Made by a program: the position numbers and the translations under genes
Part shown: one piece after another, positions 1 to 11,600 of the stretch
How the letters are laid out: every line of letters starts with the position of its first letter
Position numbering within the stretch: position 1 is the first letter of the stretch
DNA from: Botryllus schlosseri
Lineage: Eukaryota
Direction: 5' to 3'
Assembly: GCA_051294905.1 (NCBI GenBank)
Contig: JBPPKV010000017.1
Location: 124,001 to 188,000, forward strand
DNA: 64,000 nucleotides
Notes under the pieces: generated by a model
Seen by the model: only the letters and a program-made list of their open reading frames with translations
The model's database searches: none
Told to the model about the DNA's origin: nothing

Positions 1-420
1 AAGGAATTGAAACCTCGCCACGAAATCCATTCTCTCCTGTGATATAACCACTAAATAACTTCAATAGAAGATGCAAGATAGAAATGACTAGGCTGGACGT
101 AATATGTTCATTAAAAACTCACAACAAAAGCTGTCGTCGGAGGCGTTACGCGGTAATATTACATTCGCCACCAATATATCTTGGTGGAAATGGATTTTGG
201 CACTCATTCATATCAAATCGAAGACGCCGATTTCCAATACAATAAATACAGCTGGAAGATTCCTTTCGAAATAATAAAAGCCTAGCCAATTTTCACATAT
301 AGTATGGAGTTATTTTCAAGAAAAGTCATTTTGTGGCTATTTTTCACTTGCCTACAATTAATATTTGCACAAGACAGATGACGGTGGCACGATAATTGAG
401 CTAATTTTGAACGAAAACTT

Positions 421-488
421 CAGGGGGTCCGCGGGGTCTGTGACGGTCCAAAAGGGGTCCGCGAACACAAAAAGGTTGAGAACCACTG
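421..488 (+). mobile_element. 3' end of a non-autonomous hAT (Charlie-like) MITE
   Basis: Ends ...aaaaaggttgagaaccactg with ggggtccgc subterminal motifs, typical of hAT MITE termini. The 5' end was not located. Confidence 0.6.
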
Positions 489-568
489 GTCTATTGGCAG
501 TTTCGAGTGCCAGTGAGGCGTCTTTACATTTTTATTAGTTCGATTTTAACCTGCCTATTTACAAACAG

Positions 569-3500
569 GGTCCAGGAATCCAAGGAATGCGAGGGGGAAG
601 GTGTGTAGGACTTGGTCTCCCTTCTATGATCTTGGGCGGATGGATAGAACATGCGTATTTTTTCAGGTGACGAGATTTCCTCCACCGAAAGTGATGCGTC
701 GAGTCACGACTCGTATTCTATGGGTAACCTACTACCAGGAGGCTTGCGTCAGCTTAAAAAGAAATTTCTTCCCAGGTGAAAGAGTTTTTTTAAAATTTTC
801 TGCTTGAATTTTTATCGGCGATATTTGACGCCCAACTAAAATCTTTCCCAACAATGGCATAATCTACTTATGCAAAGTTTGAAACAGACCGGGATGAAAT
901 TGTCCAATTTTGCATACCGTATTCGCATTGCACACACATCGCATAAGTATGATTTCCTATTGAAGCAATTCATGCCTGGCACGAGAAAAATCTCATTAAG
1001 AAATATTAGAATAAAATTGCTGTACTTGGTAGAGAGTAGGGATGGTGTGAACCTCTGAAAGGTTCAGGTTTGTGTGAACGTGAACCTTTTTGAAAGGCTC
1101 TGTGTGAACGTGAACCTGAACCTCATGACGTCATGTGACGTAATATTGCTAATTCCATGCCTACATTTCAGTGAAGTGACAGCGTATACAAATGTATAAG
1201 TTGTACACGATGCCTAGCGATGAGTCGGGCCACAAAATGCTACAATGCTCAAATACATATTGACGTTTTAAATATCGCCAAATGTATCAACTGGGGCAAT
1301 CAAATAATATAATGATCACATGAAATCAATATCTGCTGTCGCTTTACCAACAAATTCGACGACGACTTGCAAAGAATATAAGCTTACGCCGTAACGGTCT
1401 AGGCCGGTCCAGACAATGTATTCGGAGTGTGATATTTAGGGTGCAAAGCGGGATTCTATACTTGATGCTACTATTACCCCATTCACAAGTTACACAGTAG
1501 TAGCCAACACCCCAATCGCACGGATTTGGTTCTTATGGTATACTATATATATGAAGTCAAGATTGACCATGTACGCCTGCTAGATTTTGTACATCAGACA
1601 ACGATATTAATTTCGTTGATTGGTTGGATAAACATCATTCGCCGACTATATGTAGTGTGTTTCGCTTTTGACATTGTGTGATGGCGGGTCAATCTCACAG
1701 CAGACATTTTTGAGATTGTCAAGGTGCATGCTCGTTAAGTGTTGATTGTTTTACGCTGCCGGCGCCATGCATAGAGTTGACCGCAATTGAAATGCAATCA
1801 ATTTCAACCCAAGATGTTATAATGTAGCGAAAATTGTAATATATGAAAAAGGTTCACAGTGCAGAACCTACCAAGGTTGGGTATAACATATTCTGACGGG
1901 ATACATTACCATTTGTCTAAAGGGTTCTGCTGTATGGTATCAAGTTGAGTTCGCTACTAATTAAAATGCGAAATCATGCGAAATCCCGCTTCGACATTGG
2001 CAGGGCTTTGTGTATGAGTGTGGAGTTGTTGATATATGCGAGATTATCTGATTCCTGCAGTAGCGGCATTTGTGCATATATATAGGCCAATAAATCCGAT
2101 ATAATTTAAAACATCCTGTTTTTGAAACACCACCTAGTATTCCCCTTCGTTCGCATCACCTCTAAATATGAAAATGCTTGTGAAATATGCTGGAAATTGT
2201 ATGTTGTTACAGAATCTTGATTCATTTTCGAAAATTGCTATATGCCATTTTTTATTAGTAGCAGGTGTGAGGAGACCGAACTGTCCCAGGAAGAGAAAAC
2301 GAAACGTCTGCTGAGCTTGTCGGACTTTCTTCCCTCGGCAGCAAAACCCTCGGCTCAACAGCTTTCAAAAAGTGAGTCCAACTGTGGGAATATAGATTAC
2401 CAACCTAACGATAGATATGCGACTCCTGTCCTAACGCTCACATGCACTGGGCGCTCGAATCATCAGCATTAATACTCTGTTCAGATTCCAGTAACCGCAT
2501 TCCTGAATTTCTACCAAGGGGCTCTGCCAGGCAAGGGACTAGACGCCGGAAAAGGCCCGTCTCGCCATCATCTGATGGGAGCGGACCTCCGCCAAAGCGT
2601 CCCTCGGCACCTGAATATGGATATGAAGGTAAGTATTAGATTTCGCTGGTCATCAGCCAAATTGCTTCTGATACCAGACTTGGAAAACTAGAAACTCTTC
2701 AGTTTAGCCAAATTGGATCAGAATTAGAATTGCACGAATTTTATTAGTATTAGAATCAGAGCTACGCAGTGTTTTAAAATTAGATTAGAATTAGAATTGC
2801 ACAATATTTTACAGATTAGGTTAGAATTAGAATTGGAGCTACACAGTTTTTCCACATTAGATTGGTATTAGAATTAGTGAATTCTCAAAAATTGCGTGAA
2901 ATTGTGAATGAGAAAGTATATGCAGCAAAATTCAAGTGTAGTTCGTTCATATCAAGTCAAGCACATGAATGATTAATGTCCGTAAACCAAGCCTGGCTCG
3001 TTCAATAAAAATATCTTTCTCTTTATCCCTATGCAGTTCTCTTTGCATGGCTGAAAACACTTTACAATGGAGGTGATGTTGTAGTCATGCGTACGAGTTC
3101 TCGAGGAGAAGCCCTGGGATGAGCAAAACGATTTCTCTTTTCTAGTAACTCAAAACATCACAGCCCATGCTCTCACTCTCTGCTGCGAAATATCTTTCCA
3201 GTTCATCCCACAATATGTTTTCTTTTGGTAGATCTGAACATGCCTGTGTTAACTATGTCTTTTTCTTCGCTGCCGTCCTGTTTTGATAGAAAATAGAAGA
3301 TGTTGGCAAGCTTAAAACTACTATACCAGCATACTTATTTTATTTGTCACAATAACTACTATGACTGTACGATGTAAGTGATGCGATGGCGGCTTGACTC
3401 TGAATCTCCTGCACGAAAGAAATGTTCTTGTGAACATCCTGCAAAATGTTGCGCACATATAGTATTGAAAATATCGGACACTGAAATTTAGTTGCAAAAT

Positions 3501-4040
3501 CAACGACAGATGACAGATCACGGGGGCCAACTACAAGATCTGCTGTGAAGGCCAAGTCGAAGTCGCCGCCAAGGTTCGAGTCGCCGCCAAAGTTCCAGTC
3601 AACGCCCAAGGCCAAATCGACGCCCAAGTCGTCCAGGTGAGGTTACGCTTGGTAAATATGTTTTCCTCTTGGTTGTAATGACTCGAGTTGCAATTTTTGT
3701 TTGACTGGACTCTAATTTTGTTATACATGGAAAATCACGGAACTCGACATGAGTCATTGTAATATAATCGACCAAGTCATATGACCCGAGGAATTCTATA
3801 TGGCTTGACTTGAGTCTTGTGTGTTGATTTGAACTTGATAATGAACTGCGAACACTATGGCTTGGATCCCTTTGCCCCATGACTCGGACTTGACACAGTG
3901 ATGAATTGAAAATGACTCAACCTGACTCGAGTCATACTATATGAGTAAAATTGACTTTTTTCTCGGAACCTTGTGACGAGGTTACAACTTTTACCGAGGC
4001 AGGTGAAATTTTACAAAATCTGTCCATGCCGTCAATTTTG
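569..4040 (+). CDS. CENPC: Upstream exon block of the CENP-C-like gene (first copy of the duplicated exon module)
   Basis: AG/GT-bounded, phase-compatible exons 569-600 (0>2), 2265-2371 (2>1), 2485-2628 (1>1), 3492-3636 (1>2), plus candidate 4003-4040 (1>0). The three middle exons are paralogous to 6332-6444, 6729-6872 and 7124-7448. The join to 5606 is not fully resolved and the start codon was not found. Confidence 0.55.
1900..3960 (+). repeat. Copy 1 of an intragenic block duplication (paralogous to ~5960-7860)
   Basis: Collinear similarity of exons and introns. Both copies carry the same three TE remnants at matching intron positions. Confidence 0.9.
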
Positions 4041-4148
4041 GTAAGAATTGAAACCGCTGACGTAGATTTAACATGTTGGATGGCGATCTTACATTCTGAC
4101 AAGCTACCAACTTTTCAATATCCGCAACTAGAATTAGAACTAGAATTA

Positions 4149-4536
4149 CTGTAATTTTCCATGGGATGTAAATTCTGGAAAAAAGCCTGTACGCATGTAT
4201 AGTACACACCCTGCATTCGCAGTACGTGAATAATTAAGTTTTAGTATTCGTATATGTCATTCTGTTTGCGATGTCACTGTTGAACAATCATGACATAACA
4301 ATCGCTAATCATTGTACACTTAACTGCATTGTCTCTGTGAAACAATAGTAGATAGCAGCCAAAGCCTGCAAATTACTGGGCACGTTGGCTGAATGTGATG
4401 CGTGGTTAAAACAAACAGGTGTGATTTCAAGGGATCTTTTTTTCAAGGCTTGTTGTACCCATGCATAATGCGCACCCTTCCGATCTTAGGACAAAAAATT
4501 TGTAAAATTTGGCGCATTATACATGGAAAATTACGG
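4149..4536. mobile_element. pogo/Tc1-mariner-type MITE
   Basis: TIRs ctgtaattttccatg ... catggaaaattacgg, preceded by TA. A 5'-half copy lies at 53599-53870. Confidence 0.7.
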
Positions 4537-5605
4537 TTGAGGAGGTTGAGAACCAGTGCTCTAGACTAGTTACACTTCTACTTCATGGTTTCTAAGGCAT
4601 ATAATTACTTCTCACACTTTTAATTTAAAAAGAGGAAAGTAGTTTTGTAGTATGTTCATTTGCATCACCTCAAAGTAGGAAATATGCTCGCGAAGAATGC
4701 TGCGAAATATATGCGTGGTACAGTACCTAAATCCGTTTTCGGAAAATGCTACAAGTCATTTTTGGTTGGTCGTAGGTGTGAGAACAGCCTTACATTTGGT
4801 CCTGATGAGATTCATGTATGAATATATCTTTGCTGCGACATTGAAATTATGCACTTCTAAAAGCATACTTAAATGACAAAAAATCAGCAAACTTCAACAG
4901 TACCAGTGAGGCGTCTTTCTTCCCAGGTGAAAGAGCTTTAAAAAAAATTTCTGCTGGCGTTTGTATCGACGATATTTGACGCCTGTATAAGATCTACCCC
5001 AACAATGGCGTATTCTACTTGTGCAAAGTTTGAAGCAGACCGGGATGAATTTGTCTGGCCTTGCCTAACCACATTGCACACACATCATATACGTGTGATT
5101 TTGTTATGAAGCAAATCATGCCTGGCACGAGAAAAAAACGATTCAGAAGTATTTTAATATAATTATACTCGGTAAAGAGAGTAAGCATAGTATGTCTAAA
5201 TTAGAAGATATAGACTTCATGCATGAAGAGTTGAAGACACATGAATCATGTCATCTTAAAATATGTAGCTATCTTAGCAAGCCCCGTATAGTAATTTCCA
5301 GTTAGCAGCATGTGTTAACAATGTAATTCACTGCTTTCAATTTAGAAATAAAACTTCAACTTTACAAAATATACTCTAACACAGTGGACCCCATCGGCTG
5401 AAATTAGAGCCTAAATTTCCCCGCGGAGTAATCATCTGTCTACTCGGCTTGAATCTTTAGAATTATTACTCGATTCTGATTGGTTTACTCGAATGATTGT
5501 CGTCATCATCCAGCCCCGTTCATCGGTAGTTTCGAGTTCTAGTGAGGAAATTATTTTCCTTTACGTATCTTGTTGGTTCGATTTTAACCTGTAATCAACA
5601 AACAG

Positions 5606-8600
5606 CATAAAGAGAGCACGCGCTCCCTTTGCCGAGTCAACCGCGGTGGCAACGGAACAGGAGGAAGTGGCAGGCCCGAGTGCCAGAAGATCAGAAAGGT
5701 GGGCAGTTGTGATTTCAACAACTGAGCTAATTCGTAATGGATTCCGCATTGAACATTTTAATTTGTGAAATCTGATATGATGTCAGCCTGCTGTGTTGTA
5801 ACTTGATCGTGCTGCTTCGCTTTTGGTTAAATTACGTCTTTGTTTATCTTTCTGCTGTTATCTTAGTTGACGATAGTGGTTATATATCCTAATAATACAA
5901 CTGGGTTCTGCGGGTGTGTTACGGGCCGAAATAAAAATGATTGAAAGGTCGGGTTTAACATATTCCGAAAGGATACATCAACATTCGTGAGACTGGATCT
6001 GTCGTATGATATCAAGTTGAGGTCGCTACTAATTTAAATGCGAAATACTGCTTCGACATTGGCGGGGCTTTGTATATGAGTGTAGAGTTGTTATTACGTG
6101 TGATATTATCTGATTCCTGCAGTAGAGGCACTTGTGCATATATTTAGCCCGAAAAATCCGATAGAATGTAAAACGTCGTGTGTTCGAAACACGTCCTTTC
6201 TTCAAAACACCCCCCTTTTTCTCGGCTGGCTATGTGCCTGTTTTGTGGTATGTTTGTTTGCATAACCTCAAAGTATGAAATATGCTGTGAAATATATGTG
6301 TTACAGTAACTGAATGTTTCGTTAGTCGCAGCGGGATTGCCTTGTCCGCATCGCCGTCCAAGGCCGAGAAGACAAAACGAATCCAGTCCTGGTTGAACTC
6401 TCTTCCCTCGGCGAAGACACACGGTGCTCAACAGCTTTCGGAAAGTGAGTCCCACAGTTGGAGTATAGATTACCAACCTACGGATAGATATGCAGCTCCA
6501 GTCGTGCGATTGACTGCTGAGCAGGGCAGAATCAGCGTTATATGTAGTCCTATAGCTAGCGAGCCGTGCGCTAAAATTTATTAAAACTGGACCTAATCGA
6601 AAGCTAGTGTTGTACTTATTTCGAAAATACATATTAAAATCTGACCAATGCATGGAAAACAACCTCATAATAACGAGTATTGTGTAATTTCAGTACAGTC
6701 AATTCATCGGAATTAATACTTTATTCAGATTCCAGTAACCGCAACCCAGGATTGGCAACAAGTGGCTCTTCCGGGCAAGAGAGTAGACGCAGGAAAAGGC
6801 CCGTCTCACCATCTTCTGGTAGGAAAGGGCCAGCGCCAAAGCTTCCTTCGGTATCTGAAATTGGATATGAAGGTCAGTATTAGATTACGCTGGTTAACAG
6901 CCAGATGGCTTCTGAGACTAGACTTGGAGAACTAGGAAACCTTCAGTTCTTCCAAATTAGATTAGAATTTAAATTGCAAAATTTCTAGTAATTATGCTAG
7001 TATAAGAATTAGAGCTACGCAGTTTTTTATAATTAGATTAGAATTATAGATACACAATTTTTACAGATTGTATTAGAATCAGAATTAGTAGTAGTATTGG
7101 AAATATAGGACACCAAAATTCAGTTGCAAAATCTACGACAGATCACAGATCACGGGAGCAAAACAAAACACCCGCTGGGATGGCAAACTCCAAATCGAAC
7201 CCAAAGTCCAAATCGAACCCGAAATCCAAATCGAAGCCAAAGTCCAAATCGAACCCGGAATCCAAATCGAAGCCAAAGTCCAAATCGAACCCGAAATCCA
7301 ATTCGAAGCCAAGGTCCAAATCGAACCCGGAATCCAAATCAAAGCCAAGGTCCAAATCGAACCCGGAATCCAAATCGAAGCCAAAGTCCAAATCGACGCC
7401 GAAGTCCACATCGACTCCGAAATCCAAGTCAAAGCCTAAGTCGTCCAGGTGAGGTTGTGCGCTCGATAAATAAGTTTGGCCCTGGGTTGTAATGACTCTA
7501 GTTGCAATTTTTCTTTGACTTTACTCGAGTCATTTTGTTATACATGGATAATGACTTAACTCGACTCGAGTCACTTTGTGTATTAACCATGATCAAGTCG
7601 TATGACCCGAGACTTTCTGTATGGCTTGATTCAAGCCTCGTCTATCGACACATTCAATATCGATCAAGCTTCAATGGCATTGAAAAACTGGGCTGAACCT
7701 GACTTGAACTCGATAAGGAACTGTGATCACTATGGCTCCGATCCTTTGCTCGGTGACTAGAACTCAGACTTGACACAGCGATGAATTGAAAATGACTCGA
7801 GTCAAAACTATACGAGTAGAATTGACTTGTTTCTCGGAACCTTGTGATGTGGTTACAATCGTGTTTTTTGAGGGTGTGGTATGTTACACACAGACAAAAT
7901 CTTTCCTAGCCGTGAATTTCGGTAAGAATTTGCACCGCTAACTTGGATTCTACATACGGGATGGCGATCTCGGGCCAATTTGACGGCATCATAATGGGCT
8001 TTGTTACGCCACACATTTACCCTATGTTAAGTCAGAGTCAGTTCCCCAGTAATATTTCTCCCCTATTACTTTTAAAATCGCCAGTCTCATCCATTTTAAA
8101 GACATCATCTATTTTCCAGGAGTCTGTCAAAAGTTCAGAAGCCGAATCGTATTGTGGAAGAACTCCCAGGTAAGCCATGAACTGATTAGTGGAAGACTTA
8201 AACCAATAAAATACGATTGAACTCCCCTGCGTACCTCTCTACAAACGTTGCGCTACCTCAACAATCACAATTCAACTAGAAGATGGCCCAATCGCCTGCT
8301 ACCAATGAAGGCCACGCAACATTAGCAAGGCCTATTGATATTCATAGGGTGATGCAATATTATGAAAGTGTCATCACTCTCTCTACGTGACATAAGGGTG
8401 CTAGGTTGATGTAAAACTCGACTGCTTGATCTGCCTAGCGATGTTTTGATGTTGGTAATTCAGTGGTTTGCGGTATGAAACACACACTAGTATAGAAATT
8501 ACATATAGTATATGAAAATGTGCAGAACGGCAAAATGCACTCCCACCGCTATAGAGGTGTGGATGGAGGAACAAACGATTAATTTCTGATAATGTAAGGA

Positions 8601-11600
8601 CAAATACGCGTGTTAATGATTTTAACGATTGCAAAACGTTCCGCGTTTGGCTCATTACCATGAAAATAAATGTATAAATAGAAAGACTTCAAGGATTATA
8701 TGGTATAGCGTCATTATGCAACTAATACATAATACAATGTATGTGGAATAGGTTACAATAGATCAGGGGTCGCCAACTCAAAATAGGTCGCGGGCCACTT
8801 TTCCAAATTCCTGGAGGCCGCGGGCCGCATGACATCAATATCGATATAAAAGTAGGCAACGCAGTTCAACAACCACGTCTGATAACTCTACGTTGTTACA
8901 ACGCTGTGCTTTCTAACATAGGCGACGGTTATAGTCACCACAGAAGAACTAATATTTTATTGAACAAACACAAATACAACAAAAAGTATCTTGATCATCA
9001 ATGTCATTATATTTTGGACTATGAGCTGTACACGATACCTGACAATGACAACACTCTTTAGCCGCTAAAACAGGGGTGGCCAACATTTTTGTAATTCACG
9101 GCCGCATTTCGCGTACTCATGTAGCCTGCGGCCGCATACCGGTGGTTAGTCGTGATACACTAGCTGGGGCCAAATACCCACGTTATCATGTCCATGTCCA
9201 TTGCCGGTACACTCCGAACTAATCTATATGCACATATCGGCTTACTATGCGCACCAAATCGTTAGTAGTTATGTTGTAAAGAGCCACAGAGAACCAATCT
9301 GTAGTCGCGCGAAGCGCGAAAAATTTTTCATGTTCATGAGTGAATTTCGTCAATAAATATTAGTATAGTTTCACATATTACTATAAAATATTTATCCTTT
9401 CTCGGCCAATGTGTTCAGATTTACAGATACAGCTGATATGCAGGGGGTATCTGCGAAAACTTAGGGTTGTTATTACAAGTGTCGACAGCCGCATAATTTT
9501 CCTTCTACTGCTGCAGATTGGCCACCCATGGATTGAAGAATCAATATTGGGGTTAGCTATACACGGTAGGCCTACTTGCTAGACAACTATGTCCTCGTAA
9601 AGCATGGTCTTTTGGAGCGCCCGAAGTCGTTTTGCAGGCGTCTCGGTCTTGGCAGTGGTGGGCCATTGCACGTCAAGGCAATATGCCCATTCGTACCAGC
9701 AAATTCTTCATCCATGGAATGATATTACCATGCCGAAGCCGTATCAACTAGTGAGTAATAGTGATAGTGGGCACATAGAATGGCTCACTTTGAAAAACAA
9801 CAACATTGTGTTTCAACTGAAATCAATTTTAGCGTTTCAACATGATTTACTAAGCGTTTTTCTGAATTTTTTTCAAATCAGGTCGCGGGCCGCAAAATAG
9901 GACCTCGCGGGCCGCATGCGGCCCGCGGGCCGCGTGTTGGAGACCCCTGCAATAGATACATAAAAACCACTAGATATACACAGTGCGACATCTAAATCAT
10001 ACTCTTCGAACAAGTATTTTCGACCATGCTTTTCGAATAGATGCTCAGGTCAATTTCTGAATTCGACTCGTAGAGTGCTATTTGTCCCGGCACTGGTATA
10101 ATCGAAACTGCGTGTCCGTGCGGGAATAATTAGGTCCATACCTCTTGTGAATTCATCTTCTTTTCGTTGTCAGTTCCGATCCTGCCCGTAGGCACTGCAG
10201 CCGGACGGCGCCGTAGTCCGAGGATAAAGCTTCCAGTTGAACCAGGCGTTCAATACAACTTCCGATATTCGTAAGTGGATTTCTAATAGTAAATGCTATT
10301 TTTTTCAATTCCAAAGTTTTCTAACTGCTGTAACTTTGCTAATGCGAGTTGGGATTGAGTCAAATTTGTTATGTATCATTTCTGGACATTGATATATACA
10401 ACTGACAAGATATCGTATGGCTTGATCTGCAGGTCGTTGGCTCATTCCCCAGCCGGGTCAGAGCAAATACCTGAATAGTAACACTGGTATTCACGACTTT
10501 CCCTCTTGGATAACAGAGATATCATGGATGGGCGGTGTAATACTTGAAAACCTATCCTATCTAACAATGCAAATCTTACCAACTTATTCCGGCGACAATC
10601 TTACACTATCGTTGATCTTAACCACTAAATATACCTGTAGAAAGGTAAACAATTGCTCAATATGACAATTAAATAAGAAAAACAACAGACTAATAGCATG
10701 GCTTACATCTGGATTGCACGCATGGCTTGGTATCTCTAAATAACGATGGTATGCTATCGTTACAATGACTTATGGTTGGAATTCAGCCTATGTTGTTGTG
10801 CAGCGTTTTTTTGCAGCCAATCTAGCAATGATATCCAGTAGCAAGTATAATTTAAAAAGATTTATTAGAAGTTATTATTTATTAGTAGTTCACCACTCCT
10901 ATGTTTTTGTGTTGTTGCAGCTCTGACTTCGATGAGGCCGGCTTCAAGAAAGTCATCGGAATTACAAAGATCACTTATCCAGGTATGCCGACACGTTGCA
11001 GTTTGAAATGGTTGCATTTATGTATCTCTTTTCTCAGATAATCCCGCACGACTGGCTGCTACAGTCACGACTAGGAGGCTATACAAAAGAAAAGCGAGCA
11101 AAGCTGCCCGTGAAGGTGCTGTCATCTATTCCAGGGTTTTCAACATTCTGATCGTAATATTATATGTATTGAGCAGACAATGCTGCACCCGTGTCTGATA
11201 CAGTTCCACCCGTGTCTGATACAGTTCCAAGGAAGAGGACATACAAGCGAAAAGGGTGCAAAGCTGCCTGTGAAGGTGCTGTCATTTTTAGGGTTTTAAA
11301 CATTATGATCGAAATATTATTTGTAGTATAATGGAATGCAGCTTCATGATCTTTCTCCGGTGCGTCCCAGTGCCATCCAAATCGCGCATCGAGTGCTACC
11401 AACCTATTAAAATCAAAATCCCGCCAAGTTTAAGAACCAGTATTGTAAATTGAATCAAGTTTATATGAGATACATTCCGAAATCAGTGCCTATAATTCAA
11501 ATTTCCTCACCGGTATGTTACTTGTCTTATTTTGATATGGGCAAAAATAGGTCAGGCCGTATTTTGGCTCGATATTCTGCTTTCTGCCAATGTGGAGAAC

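Noticed and set aside
667-723. Exon-like segment encoding GDEISSTESDASSHDSYSM
   Set aside because: Good splice signals, but phase 1>1 does not fit the 600 (phase 2) to 2265 (phase 2) path. Left out of the model, though it may be real.
7189-7440. CRISPR-like periodicity
   Set aside because: Contiguous tandem units with no unique spacers, in a eukaryotic exon.
7133-7492. Repetitive ORFs in other frames (MDFGVDVDFG..., WTLASIWIPGS..., NRSQSPNRTR...)
   Set aside because: By-products of the 18-bp coding repeat. Only the SKSNPK frame fits the splice phases.
9071-9530. Possible nested hAT MITE (caggggtggccaac...ttggccacccatg)
   Set aside because: Flanks CGCTAAAA and GATTGAAG do not form a TSD, so an independent insertion is unproven.
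10433-10482. Possible extra CENP-C exon after ctgcag
   Set aside because: Weak donor, and 10270 joins 10921 in frame while restoring the motif spacing without it.
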